DNA of 64,000 nt from Terriglobia bacterium (GTDB taxonomy: Bacteria; Acidobacteriota; Terriglobia; 20CM-2-55-15), in contig CBDCLE010000009.1 in assembly GCA_965218585.1 (NCBI GenBank), positions 64,001-128,000 on the forward strand. The letters run 5' to 3'. The notes below the pieces were generated by a model. That model saw nothing but the letters and a program-made list of their open reading frames with translations, was not told where the DNA came from and made no database searches. A program made the translations under genes and the position numbers. Positions within the stretch are counted from its first letter, which is position 1; each line of letters starts with the position of its first letter. Below are positions 9,761 to 19,632 of the stretch, one piece after another.

Positions 9761-11302
9761 GAGTCTGCGCGGCAGAAGGACCGAAATTGGGCGGGAATGG
9801 ATGGAAGATAGGGCATGCCACGAACTTACCGAGCCTATATTCCAGAACAGAGCCTGCTGATGCCACCGTCGCTGAGCGATTGGCTGGCCGAAGATCACCT
9901 GTCGTACTTCATATCGGATGCTGTGGACGCGATGGATTTGAGCGGGTTCGAACAGAGGCATGGAACTGACGGGCCTGGCAATCAGGCCTTCGATCCGCGG
10001 ATGATGGTGAAGGTGATGATCTATGGGTACGGGACCGGAGTGTTTTCATCCAGGAAGATCGCAGCGAAGTTGAGAGAAGATGTGGCGTTCCGGATGTTGG
10101 GAGCCGAGAACTTTCCCGCGCACCGAACGATCTCGGATTTTCGCAAACTGCATCTTGAGGAGTTCGGGAAGCTGTTTGTGCAAGTGGTGATGATGGCGCG
10201 AGAAGCGGGTTTGGTGAAGATGGGGACGGTAGCGGTGGACGGAACCAAGATGCGGGCGAATGCGAGCAAACGCAAAGCGATGAGCTATCAACGCATGAAG
10301 AAGCAGGAGACCGAGTTGGGTGAGCAGATTCGGGATCTGTTGAACCGGGCGACCGCGACCGATGAGGACGAAGACCAGCGTTACGGCAAGGACCGGCGCG
10401 GAGACGAACTACCCGACGGGTTGGCGACCCGTAAGAAGCGTCTGGCCACGATCCAGGCGGCGATGAAGCGACTCGAGGAACGTCAGATGGCTGCGGACCA
10501 GGAAGCCGGACGGAAACCGGGAGACGACGAACCGGGAAGCGGAAAGAAGGGCAAGCCATTCAAACGCCCCATGGGCGAGCCCAAGCCCAAGGCCCAGGAG
10601 AACTTCACCGATCCAGAAAGCCGGATCATGAAGACCTCCACGGAAGGGTTCCAGCAATGTTACAACGCGCAGGCGATGGTGGATTCCGAGGCCCGGATCA
10701 TCGTGGCGACCACGGTGAGCGACAATGCGTCGGATGTGGGGCAGTTGGAGCCGACTCTGGATGCGGTGAACAACAACCTGGGAGAGTCTCCAGGCCGCGT
10801 GCTCGCTGATGCGGGGTATCGATCCGAGTCGAATCTGGGGATGTTAGAACAACGCCAAATTGATGGGTATGTCGCCATGGGGCGGGAGAAGGACCTGGAC
10901 GATGCCCCCCTCCCGCCACAAGATACCGCGCTTGGTCGGATGACGAGAAAAATGAAATCCCCGTCTGGGCGTGATCGCTACCGGGCCAGAAAGCACATTG
11001 GTGAACCGCCCTTCGGGTGGATCAAATCGGTGCTCGGATTCCGACAGTTCAGTCTGCGAGGTTTGGACAAGGTGACCTGTGAGTGGAACCTGGTGACTCT
11101 AGCAGTGAACTTACGACGGATGAACGGGAAGATCGAATGGGCCTAATCCGGAAAACCGGGACCGCCACCCTTATCACACGGCTTACTACTGGAGTCCGCA
11201 CCGGTCTGAGTTCATCATAACGGCAGAATCGGTCCGGTCGCCTCCGACAACACGATCAAATCCCAATAAATCCAGGTTCTTTCCGCTCTGCCGCGCAGAC
11301 TC
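9761..11302 (+). mobile_element. IS1182 family element (transposase 9815-11146)
   Basis: TIRs GAGTCTGCGCGGCAGA/TCTGCCGCGCAGACTC with CTAG flanks; SSRKI, HRTISDFR, VDGTK, TDPESRIM, ADAGY. Confidence 0.93.
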
Positions 11303-12060
11303 CTAGGGCGGTTTGTTCACGAGGCCGTCGCCGTCGATCCCGCGACGGGGATCGTCTACGAAACCGAAGATCAAAGACAGGCCGGCTTCTATCGCTTCGT
11401 TCCAGACAGGCCCTACCGACCGGGAGAGCGTCCTGATCTTACGAGCGGACGCTTGCAGATGCTGGCCGTGCGGGATCAACGGCAGTACGACGCGGGAACC
11501 GGGCAGAGTCCAAGAGCTGTGCTCCCCGTCGGCTGGCTGGACATCCCCGACCCGGACCCTGTTGGGGAGGCCGTCACGGTGAACGCTGTCTTCCAGCAAG
11601 GATGGGATCAAGGTGGAGCGCGGTTCGCCAATGTCGAAGGCTGTTGGTATGAGGACGGCGCTATCTACTTCGCCTCCACCAACGGGGGCGATGCCGGAGA
11701 GGGCCAAATCTGGCGCCACCGTCCGGGAGCGGACGGCGGAGACCTCACGCTGGTGTTTGAGTCTCCGGGACCGGACGTTCTCAAGCGCCCGGACAACATT
11801 TCTACTACACCCAAGGGGGCGTTGGTCATATGCGAAGACGGGCCCGGCTCGTGTTTCCTCCGTGGCCTGACCCGCGAGGGCGAGATCTTCGATTTCGCCC
11901 AGAACATCGCGAACGACTACGAACTCGCCGGAGCCACGTTCAGCCCGGATGGGCAGACGTTGTTCCTCAACATCCAGGAGGCTGGACAGACGGTGGCAAT
12001 CTGGGGACCGTGGGAGTCTGGCCCTTTCTAGCCGACACTGGGGCCCCACCCTGACATAGA

Positions 12061-12116
12061 ATCAACATCGTCCTGAACTTGTTTGAAGAACTGAAAGAAC
12101 GGGTCCGGTTCCCTAA
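12061..12116 (+). pseudogene. 3' stub of a Ser/Thr kinase-beta-propeller gene
   Basis: INIVLNLFEELKERV versus INIVLNWFQELRERVPVP at the end of the 14761-16323 ORF. Confidence 0.8.
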
Positions 12117-12120
12117 ACGA

Positions 12121-12249
12121 CCATGAAAATGATTCTCAACGCCTGTTAAATCATCTTCTCGGACGTTGAGAATTGGCGAACTACTAAGCGCTGACAGTTT
12201 TCTTGCTAATAAATCCCACCTGTAGTTGAATTTACAAAGAATTTCACAG
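12121..12249 (+). repeat. Island intergenic repeat copy R4
   Basis: CCATGAAAATGATTCTCAACGCCTGTTAAATCATCTTCTCGGACGTTGAGAA ... TTTCACAG. Confidence 0.8.
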
Positions 12250-12273
12250 TTCAGTTAACGACACACTAAAACG

Positions 12274-15200
12274 ATGGAATCCGGCACCAAACTCGGCCAT
12301 TACGAGATCCTGGACCTCCTGGGCAAGGGGGGAATGGGAGAAGTGTGGCGTGCGCGAGACACGAAACTCGGGCGCGAGGTTGCGATCAAAACGCTACCTG
12401 AAGAGTTTGCCAAGGATGCAGATCGGTTGGCACGCTTTGAGCGTGAAGCGAAGTTACTTGCGTCACTGAACCATCCGAACATTGGCGCGATCCACGGGTT
12501 TGAAGAAGACAACGGAACACACTTCCTTGTTCTCGAACTCGTTGAGGGCGACACGCTGGCTGATCAGATCAAGCGTGGGGCGATCCCTGTTGAGGAGTCG
12601 CTGAAACTCGCTCTTCAAATCGCCGAAGCCTTAGAAACAGCACATGAGAAGGGTGTCGTCCACCGTGATTTGAAACCGGCGAACATTAAAGTTACGCCCG
12701 TGGGTAGGGTCAAGGTCCTCGACTTTGGCTTGGCAAAAGCGTTTGCGGAGGCGGGGCCAAGGTCAACGGCGTCTACTCTAACCCTGACAGGAACAGAAGC
12801 CGGAGTAATCCTGGGAACTCCCGCCTACATGAGCCCAGAACAAGTGCAGGGTCAAAAGGTTGATAGGCGAACCGACATTTGGGCTTTCGGGTGCGTGCTG
12901 TTTGAACTCTTGGCTGGAAGGCGCTCCTTCGACGGAAAGACTGTCGCCGACCTTTGGGCTTCGATCCTCAACACCGAGCCGGATTGGACGAGTCTGCCAA
13001 GGAATCTCCACCCAAGAATCCGTCTGATGCTGGAAAGGTGTCTGGAGAAGGAAGCTAGAAGCCGTTATCACGACATTTCGGACGCAAGGGTAGACATCGA
13101 GAAGGTGCTAGCCGATCCGAGCGGCGTGTTTGTGCAGTCCGGTACTGAAGCTGCGCAGGCAGCGCCGCAGGCGAAACTGCCTTGGATTGCGGCCTTCCTT
13201 TTGGGACTGGTCATCGCTGGCGTGGCCGTCTGGAACCTGAAACCCATACCGAATCCTCCCCTCGTCACCCGCTTTGATCACAAGTTATCCGAAACACTGA
13301 GCTTTAGGAATATGGGTCGGTTAGGCATCGCAGTCTCCCCGGATGGCCGTCAGGTCGTTTACAACACCACAGAAGGCGTGTATCTCCTCTCTATGGACGA
13401 ACGGAGGTCGTTCCAATCGGTGTGTAAAAAGAGAAGGCGGTGTACGCTTTCGGTGAATCCGAAACCCTAAGCAATCCCGGCAGCAACCGGGAGAAAGGTA
13501 CACCACCCATGAAGAAGAAGAACATACCGGCATCAGTGGCGTCAACGAACGCGTATGAAGGTTTGGAGGACTGGGCGCGATCCCGGGTCCAAGTCTGGCT
13601 ACAGGAGCTGCTCGAGGACGAAGTCACTCAATTTCTGGGTCGGGAAAAGTTGGAGCGGAGTCCGAATCGACGAGGATACCGGAACGGTCACGGGAAGCCG
13701 CGACGCTTCGCAATGATGAACGGTACGATGGAGGTTCGACGACCTCGGGTTCGAAACACCGCCGAGCGGTTCGAGAGTCAGATCCTGCCGTATTTTCGAC
13801 GGAAATCGAAACAGCTGGGCGAGCTACTTCCCGATCTCTACCTCCACGGTCTGGCCACAGGGGACTTCGAGCAGGCCATGCGCGGACTGCTTGGCGCTGG
13901 CGCTCCGTTGTCGCGAGCATCGATCCAACGACTGAAATCGACCTGGCAGTTGGAGTATGACGAGTGGGTCCAGCAGGACCTGTCCGGCCTCGAGGTCGTG
14001 TACCAGTGGGCAGACGGCTTGTACGTGAAAGCGGGGATCGCGAAAGAGCGAGCGGCATTGCTGGTGATCATCGGAGCCTTGTCAGACGGGCGCAAAGTGC
14101 TGTTGGCCTGTGAGAGCGGGCAGCGGGAAAGCAAGGAGTCCTGGAGCCGCATTCTGCGCAATCTCCAGAGACGGGGCCTGAAGCTGGGACGGCTGACTGT
14201 CGCGGACGGTCACCTGGGCATCTGGTCCGCGCTGGCCGAGCAACAGCCCCAGGGCCAGGAACAACGCTGCTGGAACCACAAGTCGATCAACGTGGTCGAT
14301 CATCTGCCGAAGACCGAGCAGCCCGCGGCCAGACAGCTGCTTCATGGGATGGCCTTCGCGAACTCCCGCGCGGCCTGCGAACGAAAGCGGGATCAGTTCG
14401 TCCGCCGATATGAGAAGAACTATCCCAAAGCGGGTGAGACGCTGTTGCGGGATTGGGACCGGATGATTACTTTCTATGAGTTCCCGAAACAACACTGGGT
14501 GCATCTTAGAACGACCAACATCGTCGAATCGCCCTTCGACATGGTTCGCCTCCGCACCAACGCCGCTCGCCGATTCAAGCGTGTCGAGAATGCAACGGCA
14601 ATGATCTGGAAGCTACTACGTGTCGCTGAGAAGGCTTGGCGACACTTAAAAGGATCCGAACTCTTACAAGAGGTCTATGATGGTCAGCAATTCGCTGACG
14701 GCATCAGAGTCGTGATGAAATCGAAGGCCGCCGCCTGATGACTTTTACACACCTTTTGTAATGACCTCGGACGAACTGGATGCCAGACTTATTCCGGGGA
14801 CCGAAGGGAACCTAAACAACTTAATGTTTTCGCCCAATGGTGAGTGGTTGGCTTACTTGTCTGACGGGCAGTTGCAGAAGATAGCCGTTAGTGGTGGTGC
14901 ATCTGTGGCGCTGGCAGACGTGGTCGGCAACTTTTTTGGTGGGAACTGGCAGGCGGACGGCACGATTCTGTTTTCGGCACAACCGGGACACGGGGCGATC
15001 ATGAGAGTTTCTGCAAACGGAGGAACTCCTGAAACGCTTTTCGAGCTAAGCTCGGAAGGGATTTTTAGTACAGCCTATCCGCAGTTGTTGCCAGACGGAG
15101 ATTCCGTGCTGTTTACCTTCCTTGGTACAGAGGGAACGCAAATCGCAATACAGTCCCTCGGATCTGGGGAGACTGAAGTGCTTTTCGCTGGAATCGGCGC

Positions 15201-16323
15201 TCGCTATGTTCCCACCGGCCACATCGTTTATGGGTTGGAAAGTACGCTATTCTCCGTTCCATTTGACCTAGGCACGCTTGAAACGCTTGGCGGGCCCGTT
15301 CCTGTTGTCGACGGTGTCCTTGGTACCGCCACCGTTTTACAGTTCGGCATATCGGACGGCGGCACGCTTGCTTATATTCCGGGTTCGGCGGTAGCCGCAG
15401 AGCGATCGCTTCTCTGGGTTGATCGAGCAGGCATGGAAGAGGCGCTGACGGCAGAACCTCTCGGCTACGAATACCCTCGAATCTCCCACGATGGACAACG
15501 AGTGGCTGTAGATGAGGCGAACCAATTTGGGGATATCAAGGTCTGGAACTTCGCAAGCAAAAACCTCGTCAGGCTAACATCTGGTGGAGGCGCGGATCTT
15601 TACCCAGTGTGGACGTCGGACGACCGGCAGATAGCATTTGGCTCCCAGCGATCAGAATCAAGCAACGTCATCTATTGGAAATCCGCCAACAACACAGGGG
15701 TTGTGGAGCCGCTCACTCCCGCCTTGGGTAACGGTACGCAACCTCCGAACCCGTATTTCTTTGCTGCTGAGGATCAGGTATTGGTCTTTAGAGAACAAGA
15801 GCATCCAGATACTGGAGACAACATTGGAATCATTTCGTTGGAAAGCGATTCGGAACCAGTTTGGCTATTAGCCAGCCAGTTCGACGAAAGAAACGCAGAG
15901 TTGTCACCAGACGGAAACTGGATGGCCTACCAGTCGGATGAATCAGGTCAACACGAAATTTACGTCCGGCCATTCCCGAACGTCGAAGATGACCTACGGA
16001 GAATATCTACAGCCGGTGGGTTTAGTCCTCTCTGGGCACGAGACGGACAGGAACTGTTTTATATCGAGCCCGGTACGCCACGACACCTTATGGTCGTTCC
16101 GGTCCAGACCGATCCGACGTTTGAACACGAGGTCCCTCTGGAACTGCTGGAGTGGCCTTATTTCTTAGGTAACGAAGGTCGGGCATACGATGTCTCACGG
16201 GATAGCGAGCAGTTTCTCGCTATCAAAGGGAATAGTAACGAAATCGACGAAGAAGATCGTCCACAAATCAACATCGTCCTGAACTGGTTCCAAGAGCTGC
16301 GCGAGCGCGTGCCGGTGCCGTAG
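12274..16323 (+). pseudogene. Hanks-type Ser/Thr kinase with TM helix and TolB/PD40 beta-propellers, split by IS256
   Basis: GKGGMG, AIK, HRDLKPAN, DFG, YMSPE; SPDG repeats; rejoins as SMDELDARL after IS removal. Confidence 0.92.
13404..14768 (+). mobile_element. IS256 family element, copy 2 (near-identical to copy 1)
   Basis: Same TIRs; 8-bp direct repeat GGACGAAC at 13395-13402 and 14769-14776. Confidence 0.93.
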
Positions 16324-16327
16324 ATGA

Positions 16328-16380
16328 CCGTGAAATTGATTCTCAAGTTCTGTTAAATCATCTTGTCGGACGTTGAGAAA
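16328..16380 (+). repeat. Island intergenic repeat copy R5 (left half)
   Basis: CCGTGAAATTGATTCTCAAGTTCTGTTAAATCATCTTGTCGGACGTTGAGAA. Confidence 0.85.
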
Positions 16381-16483
16381 CGGCGAGCTTCGGAATCCCC
16401 GTCCACTTTTCCCCAATAGTCTGGCTATACTGCCCCACGGCCTCTTGTTGGTTCCTAGCCGCAGTAACAGAGAAAGGACAGAC

Positions 16484-16969
16484 ATGGCATTTGAAGCTCA
16501 ACTTCAACGGCAGATCATGGGACGGTTCGCAACGGGTGTGACGGTGGTGACCACCCGGTATGGCGATGGAGCAATTACAGGGATGACGGCCAATGCGGTA
16601 ATGTCGCTTTCTCTGGATCCGCCGCTTGTTGTGGTCTCAGTGGATAAGAAAGCGATGATCTATGGATGTTTGAACGATGGGCAGTGTTACGCAATCAATA
16701 TCCTGACCCGCGATCAGGAAGATTTATCGACACGTTTTGCCACACCGGGACCGAAAGACTTATCGGACCTGGAGTGGACTGAGTCCCAGACCGGGGCGCC
16801 GATTCTTAAGGACACGCTGGGATACCTAGACTGCAAGTTGACAGGCGTCCTGCCGGCAGGGGATCACGATATGTTTGTCGGTGAGGTTGTCGCAGGTGAT
16901 CTCGGTGAGGGGGTGCCCCTTCTCTTTTATAACGGGAAATATAGGGAGCTTGGGGAACAAGAAGACTAG
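16484..16969 (+). CDS. Flavin reductase (HpaC/RutF-like)
   Basis: GRFATGVTVVT, SLSLDPPLV, AGDHDMFVGEV; AGGA RBS before ATG 16484. Confidence 0.92.
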   Translation: MAFEAQLQRQIMGRFATGVTVVTTRYGDGAITGMTANAVMSLSLDPPLVVVSVDKKAMIYGCLNDGQCYAINILTRDQEDLSTRFATPGPKDLSDLEWTESQTGAPILKDTLGYLDCKLTGVLPAGDHDMFVGEVVAGDLGEGVPLLFYNGKYRELGEQED

Positions 16970-17041
16970 TGGTGTTGATATGCCCAATGAATGACCCGCT
17001 CTCAGAGCCCACCGACCTTTACCAGGGACCTCCAATCCCTT

Positions 17042-17100
17042 CCGGATTTAGAATCCGGTGTCCCTCACCGGGCGTGCGGGTGCGATACCCGCCCCAGGCG
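17042..17100 (+). pseudogene. Degenerate 3' half of tRNA-Leu (anticodon UAG), att-like duplication
   Basis: CCGGA-TTTAGAA-TCCGG, variable arm, GCGGG-TGCGATA-CCCGC, CCCAGGC; no 5' half. Confidence 0.8.
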
Positions 17101-17126
17101 TTTCGTTGAAACCGATTGGTCTTATA

Positions 17127-17165
17127 ACGTTTTTTCGTTCATCGTCGAATTCGATTAACTTCGCC
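17127..17165 (-). pseudogene. Second integrase C-terminal tail remnant
   Basis: Similar to 2156-2195; both translate as EFDDER. Confidence 0.65.
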
Positions 17166-17255
17166 TGAAACAGCCTGTGGATCAAGGCGAGTCGTTGGTG
17201 AGGAGGCCGAATGAGGTTTTTCGGGTTGCCGTACAGGGAAATGTTTGACAGACCG

Positions 17256-18241
17256 ATGCGTTTGATGAGAGTTGCGTGTGTCGTCCTGCTGGTGTCCGCT
17301 TGCACTCCGCCGGAAGAAGGAGATAGCGCGGTCGAAGCACCCGCCCAGATCGTGAACATCACCGGTGAGCTGTATGAAGTGCGGTCCGGCACTCACAAAG
17401 CCGTGTTTCTGGTGACGCCGGAGGGAATCATATTGAGTGATCCCACCAACCTGGAAGTCTCCGAATGGCTCAAGGCGGAGTTTGCACGGCGTTTCGATCA
17501 GGCCGTGACGTATGTGATCTACAGTCACCATCACCCCGATCATGTCGCAGGCGGCACGGCGTTTGCCGACACGGCCACGTTCGTGGCGCACGAAAATGTG
17601 ACCAGTGCGCTCGCGGCGCCGCTTCCGAGCAACGCGGCGACCCTGGACCAGAACGGGGACGGGCAGCTCGATCGGTCCGAGGCGACGGCACTCGGGTATG
17701 GCGGGCAGAACTTCGACCGCTATGACCGAAACGGGGACGGCACCATGACGGGGGTGGAGATCAATGCCGAAACACCGGTGCCCGACATCGTGTATTCCAC
17801 AGACATGACGATCACTCTGGGCGGCAGCTCGGTGGAGTTGATGCATCCCGGCCGGGCGCACTCCGACGACATGACGGTTCTATTCTTCCCCGACCAGCGC
17901 GCCCTGTTCGCCGTAGACTTCATGCAGGTCGAGCGTTTTCCGGCGACTCTGGGGGATATCCCCTCGCCAGTTACGTGGATGCGATCGCGAAAGTGCAGGC
18001 CTTTGACTTCGATATCGCCATTCCGGGCCACGGTGACGTCGGGGAAAAGGCGGACGTAGCCCTCTTCCTCGAGTTTCTTCGGGCGCTCGACACTGCAGTG
18101 GCAGAGGGGATCGCCGAGGGGCGAAGCCTCGATGAGATGCGCGAGAACCTGTCTTTTCTCGGCTATGAGGACTGGCTTCGCTACGAGACCCAGCGGGCCA
18201 ACTTGATCACCGAAACTTACGAGCTCTTGACCCGACCGTAG
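17256..18241 (+). CDS. MBL-fold metallo-hydrolase lipoprotein with an EF-hand insert; frameshift in the G-run at 17951-17955; start uncertain
   Basis: LVSAC lipobox, SHHHPDH, GRAHSDD, IPGHG; DQNGDGQLDRSE and DRNGDGTMTGVE. Confidence 0.8.
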
Positions 18242-18298
18242 CCGGGACCCCTCGATTGCCTTAGGGCTATGTGGCCAACCCAGGCAGCGTTCGATCGA

Positions 18299-19573
18299 TC
18301 AGTTCGAATAGTCCCTCGACGACATGATCGCCGTTCGCAGGTGAGATGGATTCCCGGCCTCTGTCCATGCCATCACCAACCGCTCGGAATTTCCCACCAG
18401 TTGCGGAAATCCGCTGGAACGCTCTTCACTCGTGTTGGTGACGGTCCAGAATCCTGTCACGCCGCCCTGATCGACCTGTTTGAGGCGTATTTCGGCTCCA
18501 TCGTCAGTTTGCTCCAGCCAGGCCACAAATGCCGAGGAAGACAGGGTCAAGACCTCGATTCTTCCCAGCGGTCGTCCGTCATCGATCCGGATGGGTGAGC
18601 CGAACGTTTCTCCTGCGTCATTGGAGAGGACCAGCCACACCGCGGGCTCGTCGTTAGCGCCCGTAAACCACGATACTGCCACGTCCTGGGCCGAGGCGGA
18701 TATCGAGGGGCCGTTCACCGGACAACCGTAAATCTCCCACCCGTCCTTGGACAATGCTCTGGGCTCGGACCACGCACCGTCCCGGTAGCTCAGGATCGAA
18801 ATGTCCCGAATCTCCTCGGCGGACCGATCCCGGTAGACAACGAGCTGTCCCCCGGGTATTGCCGCGGCCGCCGTCTGGCAGCAATCGCAGATCCGGTCGT
18901 CGAGCAAAGTCTCGGCATGGACGGATCCGTCCGGACGGATCAGCGCATGCCTCAGGGACATGGCCCCGCCGTCGGGCCCCGCCGTCTGCCTCCCATCCAA
19001 CCAGACCGCCGACACGGACCCGTCCGCAGTGGGAAGCATGGAAACAAAACCATGCTCGGTTTCGGTTCCGTCGCTGTGGGGCGTGATCGGATCGCTCCAG
19101 TTTCTTCCGCCATCGTCCGACAACGCGATATTCACGGCGTACGCGTACGTGTCCGGACCGGTCTTCGCCAGCCAGTGTGTCGCCAAGCGCCCCGCGGGCA
19201 AAGCGATCAACGATGGAAAATCGGCCCAGTTCACAAACCAGTCGGTCCCTTCAGCCACCGTTTCGGGACTGGACCATTCCACACCACCCGGTTCGAGAGC
19301 GGCAAACCGCAGCCTGTCCCGGTCTTCTTCTCCCGGCTCGATCCAACTCAACAGGACCCGCCCCGCGGAGTCCATCGACAGATTGGGTTCGGCGCTACCG
19401 GCACCCGCCGGCGGGTCGATCGTCGGAATCGATCGAGGATCGGAGACATCGACCGGCTGGCCCGTGCAACCGGCGACGAGGCTCAGAATCAGGCAGGCAA
19501 AGACCAAAGGTTTAAGGGAAAACATAGCCGAGAGTATGACACACGCTGGGGGAGGTGACGAGTGACTCTGCAC
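18299..19573 (-). CDS. BNR/Asp-box (sialidase-like) lipoprotein; start uncertain
   Basis: LVAGC lipobox, SDDGGRNW, SNDAGETF, CDCCQT, GCPVNGP. Confidence 0.8.
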   Translation of the reverse strand: MQSHSSPPPACVILSAMFSLKPLVFACLILSLVAGCTGQPVDVSDPRSIPTIDPPAGAGSAEPNLSMDSAGRVLLSWIEPGEEDRDRLRFAALEPGGVEWSSPETVAEGTDWFVNWADFPSLIALPAGRLATHWLAKTGPDTYAYAVNIALSDDGGRNWSDPITPHSDGTETEHGFVSMLPTADGSVSAVWLDGRQTAGPDGGAMSLRHALIRPDGSVHAETLLDDRICDCCQTAAAAIPGGQLVVYRDRSAEEIRDISILSYRDGAWSEPRALSKDGWEIYGCPVNGPSISASAQDVAVSWFTGANDEPAVWLVLSNDAGETFGSPIRIDDGRPLGRIEVLTLSSSAFVAWLEQTDDGAEIRLKQVDQGGVTGFWTVTNTSEERSSGFPQLVGNSERLVMAWTEAGNPSHLRTAIMSSRDYSN

Positions 19574-19632
19574 GACGAGACCCTGAGCCTCCCTAGGTAA
19601 GGGTAGAATGGTGGATCCGGCTCTCGGGAGGC

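Larger units (their letters stand above)
9022..12031 (+). pseudogene. phoX: PhoX (DUF839) Tat-exported alkaline phosphatase interrupted by a MITE and IS1182
   Basis: TRRAFL Tat motif; HDGMAAF, RNCAGGPTPW, LTCEE; rejoins as FRALGRFVHEAVAVDP; PDNI, CED, GATFSPDG. Confidence 0.9.

Noticed and set aside
5665-14768. Composite transposon formed by the two direct IS256 copies
   Set aside because: Copy 2 has its own 8-bp duplication inside the kinase gene and the outer flanks share none, so these are independent insertions.
2554-16380. CRISPR array or canonical integron attC sites
   Set aside because: Spacing is kilobases and no cas genes are present. The AAC...GTT hairpin is only ~40 bp and does not fit RYYYAAC/GTTRRRY, and the integrase remnant is too short to show an IntI-specific insert.
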